Part shown: positions 22,978 to 35,100 of the stretch, one piece after another
Layout of the letters: every line of letters begins with the position of its first letter
How positions within the stretch are numbered: position 1 is the first letter of the stretch
From: Amoebophrya sp. A120
Taxonomy: Eukaryota; Protista; Dinoflagellata
DNA: 64,000 nt
NCBI GenBank assembly: GCA_905178155.1
Contig: CAJINV010000019.1
Coordinates: 254,475 to 318,474 of the forward strand
Direction: 5' to 3'
The notes under the pieces: model-generated
Database searches by the model: none
What the model saw: only the letters and a program-made list of their open reading frames with translations
What the model was told of the DNA's origin: nothing
Made by a program: the position numbers and the translations under genes

Positions 22978-25900
22978 TCAATACCCCTTCCGGTCGAAAG
23001 CGTCCGCGATCGCCGATCCTGTGTCCAACGCTTTGTCCACTGGCACCGCATTGGTGTAGCCGTCCAGCGAAACGAACAAGTTGAACTTCATCGGCACAAA
23101 TTTTTTCTGCCCGTCATCCCACCCGGCCACGGGGTCGTAGAAGACGAAGGAGCACTTCATCTCGCCCGGCGCAATGTATTTTACTTTCCTGAACGCAAGC
23201 AGTTCCTTGTACGGCCGATCCCCCTGTTGCGCATAAAACTGCACCGTTGCCGTGGGCAATTCGTCCGCGGCCTTGGCATTGTTGTTGTTCGTGACGCAGA
23301 AGCTCAGGCGGCGGAGCGATAGGTTGTGCTCCACCACGGTCACGGCGAAGTTTTCCCAGCCTTCAAAGCACAGCCCAGCACCGAACTCGAAGTCCGCTGC
23401 GTTTTTGTCCTTCTGCAGTCGCCGGTACCCAACCAAATCCCCCCTGGGTCCGTCGGTTTCCGCGTAATTCTCGGCGGCGCCGCGAATCTGCCCGCCATCC
23501 CGCACGATGGAGAACGATAGGTGCGCGTGCGGGTTGTGCTTTCCCAGTAAGACCTGTGCGATCCCCGGGCCCACCCCGTATCCCGAGTAGACCGTCGCGA
23601 TCACGACCGCCGCGCGGTCCAGCCACTGGCTGATCCGCACCTGCCCGGGACATATGAAAGTGCGCAAGAACTCCCCCTCGTTCTCATTTCTCATGCAAAA
23701 TCCCAAATCCAATTGCAGCTCCTGCTCCCTCGCGTCACTCTTACGCATGACAGATTCATCCGGCAGCCCAGAGGACAGTACTACACGAGGCCGCGCATGA
23801 ATCTGTCATGCACAGGCTCCACGTGCAGCTGTGCTGGTGTTTGTATTGCTGGTCATGCAAAAATACAAATGAGGGGGAGGAGGAGTTGTGCACCCTGATA
23901 GGACATCCGATGAACACAATCAGCTTTCCCTCGCCCCCGTCCTTCCAATTGATGTCAATGTTGGCCCTCTGCCGCCCTTCCGCCGACCGCTCGTCTAAAC
24001 AGACGAGGGACGCCTCGCCCGCACCCACCGTGATGCCGGCCGATTTCAGACCGTCGCTGACTTTCGGGATCTCCTGCCAGATATGGATTGCAAATATGTC
24101 GGGGTCTGGAAGATTGGAACTTGTACTGCTAGCTTTCCATACCTAGAAGATCTGTATTGCATAAGCAGCAAAAGTGCCAGCCTCTTTTGTGGATGCAAGT
24201 TTCTCACGCGGATTTCCTATGAGAGTAGCGCTCTGAAAAGTTGTCATGCTGGGTTGCATTCGAAACTGTTTCCATCATCCACATTTTAGCATCACAAGTT
24301 TCCAGACCACCCAGACATATTTGCATTTGATACCAGATCTCGCCGCTCCCAAAGTCGTTCCCGTTCATGGGCAGACCACCGAGGAACCTCGTGATCCCCT
24401 GCCGCGGGTCGATGTCACAGTTCACGATTTTGCGCAGCGCCGGCTGCTTGAGCGGCAGCAGGTTGCCCTCGTTTTTCAACAACACCATCGCCTCCGCCGC
24501 CAGCGCGATGGCCACACTTTTGGATTCGTCCAAGATTTTCTGCTTGTATCCTGAGTAAAAACGTCCCCATACCAGAGTCAACATGGAGAATCTGCTAGAC
24601 AAATCGGCCAACTTTGGTTGTTTCGCATGATGACAAGTTTGTTCTCGTAGTGTAATTCTGTTTAGCTAGTAGTTCAGCAGCATCACAGATCTAGCATATC
24701 ATGCTGTTTCTAGCATCACAAATCCCAAAACACGACTACACAAAGCTTCCCATGGGGCTTCGCACGAGAAACTCTTTTGGCATGCAGATTTGCATGACAA
24801 CTCTTGGGTGGGGATGTTGTTTTTACTCAGAATAGCTTACCGCCGTACTTCTGCGCCTCGGCGTCGCCGACGGACACACGGTGACCAATGTCGATCGGCT
24901 TGAATTATGCATTGCAAAAGTATCGCACTCGTATGAAAAATGCATTGGAAATTTCCTCAGCATGAGAAATGATAATGAAATTTGTAAAGCGGATTTACCT
25001 TAAGAAAAAGATTTGTAATGCAGGACTGCAATGCGAGTACGATACTTTTGCACAGGATATAAATTCGCCGTACCCGATATCCTGCACGGACGCCAGAATC
25101 CGGTGGACGGACCGCCGCTTGTCCTCAATCGCCGCGGCGCCGATATTTCCCTGATTCACCGCCATCGCAGTGGGCTGCTCCGCGTCCAGGCCGGCCGCCG
25201 TGTATTTCCGGGCGTCGTTGTCCCCCTCGTACTTTTGCCCCATCCAGTTGACAAAGTTCTGGCTGTTCCCCGTGGCGCCCTATGAGTTACAAAAGTATCG
25301 CACTCGTATAAATGCATTACAAATTTCCTTAGCATCAGAAATTATGGCATTTGTCATGCGGATTTGCCTTGAGAAAAAGATTTGTAACGCACGACTGCAA
25401 TTACCACGACTCCGATACTTTTGCACAGGATACGCCCCAGTCCGAGACGATGAACATTCGGTCTGTCACCTCGTGCAGCGCGCCCAGCGCCTCGTCCGAC
25501 ACGCACTGTGACTTGCCCCAGATCCAACTGTACCCGCACATCACGCTCTGGCCACCCACCGAGATCCCGCCGACGAAAGGCTTCCAGTAAATGTCGAAGA
25601 AGCCCTCCTTGGGAACCTGCACGTTGTTGCTGAAACGGTTCGACTCCTCGTCCTGGCACACGTAATGCTTCCAGGTGCATCCCACGTTGTGCAGCTTCGG
25701 CCCGATCGCGTAGGCGGCGGCAAGGACAGTACCAATAATCGGATCTTCACCTGGTGGGGGGTAAACATAAGTACTGTAACGGCGGTAAATCTATTAGATT
25801 TGTGTCTTCATAAAAGTTAATCTACCACGAGCATCTGGTTGTGGTTTCATGGTAGCAGGTGTTCGTCTTGGTTGTGCATGCATGTAAATGAACTTAAGTA

Positions 25901-28344
25901 CTACAACTACTTTCTTATACCTGGCATGTATTCCCACAGCCGACCTCCATACGGATCGTGCCACACCTGCGCGCTCGTATCCCACGAAAACAAAACTGTT
26001 TCACTGAAAAAGTAAGAGAGAGTAAGCAAGGATTTTGCAGGTTTTGCATCACAAGTTTGTTCTACTACAGCACGACCACGAAGAAGATTTGCCATGCGGG
26101 CTTGTTCCTAGGTAGTAAGGGGCAAATAAACGCCTACAAAAACAAATCCATTGCCTTGCATGTGCAGCAACAGAAGCACATCATCTGCTCTGCTTCTACT
26201 GCGTTCTCTGTATCACAAGACCTCTATGCTTTGCGAGTGAAGAAACAGCTTTTAATATTTCTTGTCATAGCCTGGGCCTAGGATATAGTTGCCGCCATGC
26301 AGATAGTGCATGATGCCCAGCGACTATCCAGGAAAAAAAGATTGTAGGTGTAACTTTCTTGAAGGATTAGCATGACAAATATCTCTCGCATGACAGCACA
26401 AACCTGTCATGCGCAGATAGTACGGGAAAACGCCGCTGAATGGGCCCTACAATGCAGGCACAGCATGACAGGCTCAATCAATTTGCATGTTGCGCATCAC
26501 AAATTTACACCAACAACGTTTTTTTCTTGCATAGCGACATCCCGTGCATGAAGGCGTACTCGACGTCAAAAGTCAGTTATCGTGAGAAAAAAGTGTTACA
26601 CTTACACACTCAGATGCAAGACCAGCAAGACAGACAACCTCTGTCATGCAGCAAAAGCTTCCCAGCCCCATTTCATAGGTGTTTCCCCTTAGAGTCTACG
26701 CATTACAAGTTTTATTTGCTATGCAGCCGCCCAACTTTGTGATGCTGTAATTGTAACAAATGTGTAACAACGGTATACACTTTTTTCCTGTGATATCAGT
26801 CCGATGTTGCCCGCCGGCGGCATCGGGATTGTCTCCCCGTTAAACATGGCCGGCCCGCCGAGAGACCCGAAGGCCTGCCGAAACCCGTTGCCATTGTCGT
26901 TCATGCAGGCCTATGCATTGCAAAAGTAACGCGCTAGTATAAATTGCATTTACAAATTTTGGCAAGAAGAAAAGTGGGATTTGTAAAAATGCTGTTTTAC
27001 CTTAGGAAGAAGATTTGTCATGCATATCTGCAATTACTATGACCTCACTACATACGAGTACGATACTTTTGCACAGGATAAGGCCCCCGGAAACCCAATC
27101 TCCGCCACCGGCCCGACGCCTCCCTGGTGGTCGTTTTCCGGCTTCCAGCCCTCGTAGGTGCCCCCGCACTTCGCGGTCATCATGTAGTCAATTTTCCCCA
27201 GTGCCTCGACCTGCTGCACCAGCGCCGCCGTCACGTCGTTCCGTGCCTGTTCTGCGGCAAACCAGGCGTCCACGCGCGCCTTCATTTCCGCCTGCATAGT
27301 CGCCATCGCCACGGCCGACAGGGGCGCGTTCACCACAAATAACGCGTTGGCAGCTGCACCTAGCGCGGTGCCCGTTAGCATTGTTGTTCCAGAAGCTCCT
27401 GTAGCTCCCCCCACAGTTTGCGAGGCCTGCAGGATTGTTCCCGCCTGCTGGTTCGCTAAGCCTTGCGCAAAAGCCGGTAGCTGCTGCGTTCCTAGCTGAG
27501 AAGACGAAGAATCATCTCCACACATGCTACCCGTGCACCCGCCCCCGTTGTTTTGTATAATTGGCTGTTGTTGTTGACCAACGTTGTTCGAAGCCCCCAG
27601 TAGCGCCGGCTGTTGGGCGGAACCCGCGACATTCATCGCGTTTGTGCCACCAGCTTGAAGAAGAGGTTGTTGTCCCTGCTGTGCTTGCTGCCCGATCCCA
27701 CTGCCCAAAGTTGCGGGCTGTGCTCCTCCTGATAGTTGTTGCGCGCCGAAGGGGAGCTGCTGCTGTTGTTCCACAATACCGGCGGACTGTTGAATGGTCG
27801 CAGGGGCTACAACTCCCATTTGAGTAGCTGTTCCTGTGGTACCTATTCCTCCCACTGCAGCAGCAGCCGCCTGGGGTTGCTGTTGCATTGCTGATGGCAC
27901 TGCGCCGACTTGCTGCTGATTTACCTGTTCCTCTGGCTGCTTTCTCCGCTGCTGGATCAAGCTGATTTTTCTAGTGGAAGAAGGGATTCGTGTAGAAGTA
28001 CCAGAGTCCGGTCGTGAAGTAGCCGTAGATGAAGAACCTTCTTTCTCCTGGCCGTGAACGACTTGCCTTTGTGTGTTGCCGCCATCTTCACTGGACCCGC
28101 TTGTACGCCTCTCCCTACGTGGGCCGAGCTGCAAGGCCGCGACCGCGAAGAAAGCAGTGGGGACGGTGATATTCACGCTGAACAAAAATAACACCACCCA
28201 GTCCCAGACGTTCATCTTGCCCAGTCGGAAATGGAATACCGTGGAAGCTGCTTTTTTTTCGCAAAACATCGTCGAGCTTGGCGATCTAGTGGGGCAGGCG
28301 GCGCAAGGCCTCGCGCCGAGTCTTCTGGTGCTTACGGTTGTCAT
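22978..28344 (-). CDS. Glycoside hydrolase family 3 beta-glucosidase with hydrophobic N-terminus and Q/G-rich extension
   Basis: IGFPGACMNDNGNGFR, GPGAQVWHDPYGGRLWEYMPGEDP, GCTWKHY, VMCGYS, FIVSDWG (nucleophile Asp), AMVLLKNEGNLLPL, VGYRR…FEFGAGL, Fn3-like RPYKELLAFRKV. Nine introners plus a GT-AG intron ~25752-25920. Start codon uncertain (28344 or ~28215). Confidence 0.9.
23653..23900. mobile_element. Introner C3
   Basis: TSD GGACA. Confidence 0.9.
24082..24332. mobile_element. Introner B4
   Basis: TSD CCAGA. Confidence 0.9.
24547..24834. mobile_element. Introner G1 (family G, TIR TATCCTGAGTAAAAACGTCCCCAC)
   Basis: TSD GCTTG/GCTTA. Confidence 0.88.
24906..25059. mobile_element. Introner A4
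   Basis: TSD TGAAT/TAAAT. Confidence 0.88.
25281..25432. mobile_element. Introner A5
   Basis: TSD CGCCC; directly after the SDWG motif. Confidence 0.9.
25978..26269. mobile_element. Introner J2 (degenerate, J-like)
   Basis: TATCCCACGAAAACAAAACTGTTTC...GAAACAGCTTTTAATATTTCTTGTCATA; TSD GCTCG/GCCTG; frame restored (ILGP-GAQVW). Confidence 0.75.
26325..26533. mobile_element. Introner D3
   Basis: TSD GCGAC. Confidence 0.9.
26578..26795. mobile_element. Introner D4 (D/J-like variant)
   Basis: TATCGTGAGAAAAAAGTGT...ACACTTTTTTCCTGTGATA; TSD TCAGT. Confidence 0.88.
26912..27080. mobile_element. Introner A6
   Basis: TSD AGGCC, frame restored. Confidence 0.9.
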
Positions 28345-29189
28345 GGGTTCTCGTGATTATACTTGTGACGCAACCTTGTCAGCGAGCACGGCATCTACTT
28401 GAACTTGTCGGCGGTTGCCGTTCAAAAAAAATAAAAAACAATAAACACTGTCATAGTTGAGCCTCAACCTGAGCCTGTTATTACAAGCAACAATCGAAAC
28501 AGACGAAACCCAAACACGTTTTCTAGACTTCTAAAAAGAAAGTGCTTATGCTTAATATTAATGGCTCTTATTTATAGTGCACACTTACACTTTACTGAAA
28601 ACACGATCTTCACGATAATCAACATGGTGGGCCCGAGTAAAACGATTACGCGCACATCACGACTTCACACGATGGTATGGGTATAGGGATATAGTGATCG
28701 GAATCGTAATTTTGCACCGCTTTTTACCGATTTCCCTACACGATGAGCTTGTGACTGTATCCTGAACATGATGCGCCACAGTGGAAAATGCATGCCTACT
28801 TGCTTGACATTGCTTCGAAACGAAAATAGTTTTCGCAGAAATCCAGCCAGGAGGACATAAGAACGCTGACTGTCCGTCTTTGAGGCGGCCCTGTGCCTTA
28901 TAACTTGCCACGACTGCTTGAACAACTTCTTGCAACAATAAACGCCACGTACGAAGACAGCAGCGCTATGCTGCCTGTGCCTGCGGAGTTGTAGACAGGG
29001 CCAAAATAAATCTTTGAGCAGTCGCCTGCCTTTCGATTCTCGATCTTCTAATCGTCCATCGCTAATTTCCATCGCGCAAAAGCCTCTCGTTCTTCCTCGT
29101 CTAGATGGACAGTAAAGCTATGACTTAGATTTTCATTTGCAGCTCGCCGTTGCGTCCACACTCAGGAAATCCGATTGTAGTTCCACGCC

Positions 29190-32100
29190 CTACCGGTTTC
29201 TTCTCCCGATCCTTCTCGTCAGTTCCTTCAGCGAAAATTTCCGCAATTCCGCGTCCTCCTCTTCCATGCGCTGCAGTATGCGTCTCAATAAAGTCACATT
29301 TCTGTCGGGCCTGTAGCGCAGCCACGTGCTATCCTGAGCAAAAACGTCCCAGCCCTGTAGTTGTAATGCGGGTCTGCATGCCAAAGATGTTTCTCATGCT
29401 GAGCCCCACAATAAGCAATTTCATCCCGTCGCGTTTGGAAATTTGTTATGCTCCACTGAGCATAACGCTCTAGCTCTGTGATGCGGTTGCATTAGCTGAA
29501 TACGATGAAATTGCTCGCCCAAATTTGTCATGCGCAACAACCAAAGCATACTGATTTGTCTAGCAGATTTCCCATCTTAACTGTGGGGTAGGGACGTTTT
29601 TACAAAGGATACGTGTCCAAATTTGTCACGGCGTTGTCGCTCTCGATCCGTGCCGAATTCAGCTCCCGCTCCATATCCGGCGCAAAGGTATCGCTCTCGT
29701 ACTAAAGTAAAAACTAATCGCAATCATGCATGACAAATCTCCTTTGCAAGCCAAGTCAGCATGAGAGATTCCATTTGTGATGATTTGTCAACACGGTGAG
29801 CCAATTTGTATATGCGATTTCCTTTACCAGGACGAAGATACTTTTGCAATGCATACTCCAATTTCTGTGCCAGTTTCGACTTCACCAGCGCAGTCGCCTC
29901 GTCCGTGAAATGGTCATCGATCAGAGCCTGCGCTGTCGGAACGGCGGACTCTTGTGCTGAATTTGGAGACGGTTGCGCAGCTGTTTGCGTTGAAAATCTT
30001 GTCCCCGGGGTCGTGGACGAGGATGCCGAAGCTGTGACAAGCCCAGGTGGCGGCTGCTCCTGCTGCGTTCTTTGAGGCGGGTTGCTTGGGGGCAGCATCG
30101 GGCGTGAAGATGCAAGAACGGGGACGATGGCTGTACTTCTAGAGGACGAAGGAACATCAATTCCCGATGGTGTAGTCCTTGTGGTCCCAACGCCAGCAGC
30201 ACTGGGAAAAGCCAACTGGTGTTCCTGATGAACGTTGGCCACGACCGGGGGCTCCTGGCGTGTTCTTGCGCTGCTCCCAGCACCAGCGACTCCATTTAAT
30301 TGCGTGCCTGGCGGCTCAAATTGGGCTGTTGGCCGCTGCAGTGCAGCTCCCGCCCGTGCGTCGAACCGCGCGGCCGCGAAGGCTGCGCTCGTGTTCGTTT
30401 TTCCCATCGAAAACTTGCTTGCTTTGAAACTAGAAGAGGAAGTAGCAGTTCCTCCTGGTCTCGCGATTAATACAGGCTGGCCAGGTCGTTGCCCTACACT
30501 TCTTGCCGAAGAACCGTAGTGCCCCGGAACGACAGAACTTGGGCCCCCTCCTCCTGGGCGTGAAGCTGAAGCCGACGTCGAGGCGGCACTACTGCCCACG
30601 ACGCTAGCCCCACCACCGCTAGCACCTGTACGACGCAGAGGACCACCTCCTCCGCTCGGTGATGTGTAGTTTCCAGTGAGAACCCCTCGACTACTTCCCG
30701 CAGTTCTTGCTCCAGCACTATGCATTGCAAAAATGTCGGGGTCTGGAAAAAGTGATCTTGTGATGCTGGCCTTACATTCGTCCAAGATGATGATGAAAAA
30801 GAAAATCTGTATTGCATGACTAACAAACGCACAGCGTTCTTTGTAATGCAAAAACGCTCTTTGTCATGCGCGCTACGTATGAGACTACGTACGTTGCAAG
30901 AACTTGTCATGCTTGGCTGCACTCGAAAGCGTTTCAATCATCTACATTTTGGCATCACAAGTTTCCAGACCCAGACATATTTGCAATGCATAAGCACGCT
31001 GAAGTTCCAGCTGGTCTTCCTCCCAACCCCGGTCCAGCGTGCTGCTGTCCACCGTGCCGACCCCGCTGCGTAGGTATCCTGTGTAAAAGCGTCCCCGTCA
31101 AGTTGCGAGCTCTGCAACACAAATCCAGAAGTTTTGGGAGCCACGCATGACAAGTTAGTTCGCCTTTGTAGTGTAGTTGAGGTTAGCAAGGACAGTCGCT
31201 GTCGCATCAAAATTCAAAAACCCATCTACTCCTAGATCCTGTTTAAAGCATTTTACAAATGCCAAAACACGATTGCCTCTTTTGTCGATGCGCATTACAA
31301 AGTGTTCCTGTCATTGCAAATCTGCATGACAACTCTGCGGTGGGGACGTTTTTGCTCAGGATATTAGGTGCTTCTTGTTCTCGAAGCTTGTGTGCTGCTT
31401 CTGGTTTTCCATCTCTCGCTTCACCCACTCGGCGTTCTATGACAGTGCATAAGTCCCCCTCCCCCTCATTTGTGATGCAAAGTCCCCAATGGAGTTGATG
31501 CCTTGTGGCACTGTTTGCATGACAAATTTCGGAAGCCCAAACAGTACTACTTACACTCGGCCCGTGAACTTGTCATGCACAGGCTCCAAGTGTGTTGGTG
31601 TTTGTCTTGCTGCTCATGATGCCATGCAAATGAGAGGGCGGGGGAGTTGTCCACTCTGGTACGTTCAGCTGGTTGTCCAATGCCAGCTCCTGCTGGTCCC
31701 GCCCGTCCGACCCCCCCAAGCGAGCCAGGACAGTAGTTTGTTCGGGCTCCGCGTTATGGATTGCAAATATGTCTGGGTCTGGAAACTTGTAATGCTGAAT
31801 GGTCATGATTGCGCGCGTTTTAAAGTGCAGTGAAGCATGACAAATTTTTCGAACACTCTCCGATGCGCGGCACGCATTACAAACTGCGACTTTGCATGAC
31901 GAAAGCGTGGCGCTTTTGCTGCTTATGCAATGCAGATTTTTCAGGAGTGAGAGACACGCAACACAGGTTTAAGCTGTCCAGACCCAGACATATTTGCAAT
32001 GCATATGCGTTCTTTTCCTCCTCGTCCGCCTCTGCCCCGTTCGGCTTCTTCGGCAGGTTATCCTGTGCAAAAGTATCGCACTCGTCTAAATGCAAGTCTT

Positions 32101-35100
32101 GTAGTAGTAGTTCCTGAGGCAAATCTGCATTACAAATTGTATTTCTCATGCTGATGAAATTTGTAATGCATTTATACGAGTACGATACTTTTGCAATGCA
32201 TACAGGTGCGACGCCAACAAGAGTTTCCGGGCGGGCACGAGGTTTTCGCGGTAGAAGGCTTCCTCTTCCTGTCTCCGGAGGGCGTCGAAGTTCAGCCGAA
32301 ACGTTTATCAAATGTAAAAATGTCTGGGTCTGGAAAAGTGTAGGCCTGTCATGCAGATTTTCCATGACCCATGAGGTCTGGAGTGCGGGACTTAGCATGA
32401 CAGACTCTGCGAGGTCTCTGCCATGCCTATCCTGCATGAGAAACTCCCTTCCAACTTGGTCAAAAGTTTACAGCTTTTGGCACTCGTGCAACACAGATTT
32501 TTGCATGCTTCAGATTTACCATGACAAGTTGCAATCTTCCAAACCCAGGCATTTTTGCAATTCATAACGTTTTTCTTTTTGCGACTGGCTTATGCAGATC
32601 GAGCTTTGGGTTGAGCGAAAGCACGAGGTCCTCCTGCTCGTCTTGGTGCGACGTTCCGCCGAAAAGCCGTTCGTGCATCAAGGCGCGCGCCTTTATGCGG
32701 TCGTCCGGTTGTCCAGTCGTGAGTAACTTTTTCATCGTCGCCTGGTGCTCCTCCTGCGCACCGTAATCGCAGGCGAGCCTGACCCCCTATCCAAGCAAAA
32801 AAGATTGTAGGTGTAACTTTCTTGGAGGAACAGCATGACAAATCCGTCTGGCATGAGAGCAAAAACCTGTTATGCGCGGATAGTACGTGAAAACGCCACT
32901 GAATGGGCCCTACAGTGCATGCCCAGCATGACAGACGCAATCATCTTGCAGGTTGCGCATCACAAAGTTACACTAGCAATGTTTTTTTCTTCGATACCCC
33001 CCTGGTCTCCGTACTACGCACCTTTTTCGGGTTCCCGGTCCTGCGGTCGGGTATGAGGCTGACCGTCGCGAAATCGGCGATGACAAAAGGGCGGCGGGGC
33101 GCGATAGCATAGGTCAGGTTTTCGATCTATGGATTGTAAAAGTGTCTGGGTCTGGAAGATTCTGACACTTGTCATGCACGTTTTGCATGAGCCCTGATGT
33201 CTGTGATGCATGCCCTAGCATCACATATTTTCTGAGACCTTCTTGATGCCTATTCCGCATGACAAATGCCCTCTCCGCGTAGCAAAAAATGCATTCCTTT
33301 TGGTACTCATGCAATACAGATTTTTCTGGAATCCAAATGCAGCATCACAAGTTGCATTCTTCCAGACCCAGACATTTTTACACTTGATACGATCTCTGTC
33401 GGAGAGAACAGGTGCGGAAAGAGCTCCGCAAACGAGATTCTTGTGTCGTCGCGTTCATGTGCTGGCGGTCTTTCTTTTGCTCGTAGTGTTTTTGATGTTT
33501 TCACTCCCGAACGATGATCCTGTGACTTTGCTTCCTGTTTTATCTTCTCGGGCGACGGGGATGGGGAACGAAAGTCGTCTTCGAGGGTTTCATCTTCTAT
33601 CCCGCTCTTCATATTAGCACTGCTGCCACCTGTTGGTGTAGTGCCAGCAGCTCCTGAGTTGTTCGGCTTCATGCCATTTTTCATTGTCGGACTGTTCAGT
33701 CGTATTTTTTGTTCCAGCTTGAAGACTTGTTGGTCGAATACCCGGGGTAGTGGTGTGAAGGAGCTGCCGCCTGAGGCAGAATTTCTTGCGCGGCCCTTTT
33801 GCATTTTGCTTGTCCTTTCAACATTACTTTGATGACGGCTCGTGCTGCGGTCTACCATTTCGATTTCCTCGTCCTGGTCGCTGCTACTGGTAGGTTGTTG
33901 TACAACTTCTACATCCTCTATGAATTGCAAAACAAGTATCGCACTCCTCGTGTAAATGCATTACAAATTTCTCCAGCATGAGAAATCAAATTTGTGATGC
34001 TGCTTTACCTTAAGAACAAGATTCGTATATGCATGATTGCAATACGAGTGCGATACTTTTGCGCAGGATATCCTCTTCCTCCTTCAGAAGAAATTCCCGC
34101 AAATCGACAAACGCGTTCTTGTCCAAAGCGGCAAGCGACGGTGGAAGTTTCCGGATCTTCTCGTTCAGAAGGCCGACGCCCGAGCGCGGCTTGTCTCTCT
34201 TTGCCTTTTCCTTCGCTGTGCTCGCCAGCTGCCGTTCGACCGCCAGCATTCTGCGGCGAATGAAATCCACCATGTCCATATGCATTGCAAAAATGTCTAG
34301 GTCTGGAGGAATGCAGGACTTGTCATGCTTGTCTGGCATGACGCTTGGATCTGTGATGCGTAAGCAGGAACGGGGCCTCCTGCCTGTCATGCAACAACGC
34401 AGTTTGCCATGCAGAATACGAAGCACATGGCACGTGCAAAAACTTGTCATGCTTGGCTGCATATTGTAGTGCGCTCACGATTCACAGATTTGCTTCACAA
34501 GTTTCCAGACCCAGACATTTTTGCATTTGATAGTCCATCGTGGAAAAATGCTGTCCATGTCCTCTCGACGGCCGAGAAGAAAAAAGTTCTTGCTTTGAAG
34601 CTATTGCTGCGACACCATCACCAAAAACTTCTACCGCTCGTCGTTCCCCATGCTGCAGCCTTGACGTACTTCCGTCCTTGTCCGGCCGCGCGAATTGGCC
34701 CTTCGCCGTTTCTTTCTCCGCTTTGGCCTGCTCGAAGTTGATTTTTTCGGTGATCCTTTCTTCTTTCGACAACGACGCCAGTCGAAAAAGGTGCTGCAAG
34801 AACTTCAAAATTGTCTTCTCGGCGCTGGCAACGCTCGCGCTGTCCTTCGCGTCGCCCGCGTGCGGCTGGATCAGCATCGCCTGCCAATCGGAAAATTTCC
34901 GCGTCAGTTGCTGCCGGTTTTGCAGGCGAGCAGATGTAGTATCAAAACCAGTAGAGAAATTATAAGCGGATGTTGTCGGTGGTGTTGTAATGCCGTTCAG
35001 TAGAAATGGGTCATCCGCACGACTTCTCATCCCAGAGAGCAAAGTTCGTTGCGCGAGGACCCCTTCCGCAGTTGTACCACCACCCATCGCGGCAGCGAAA

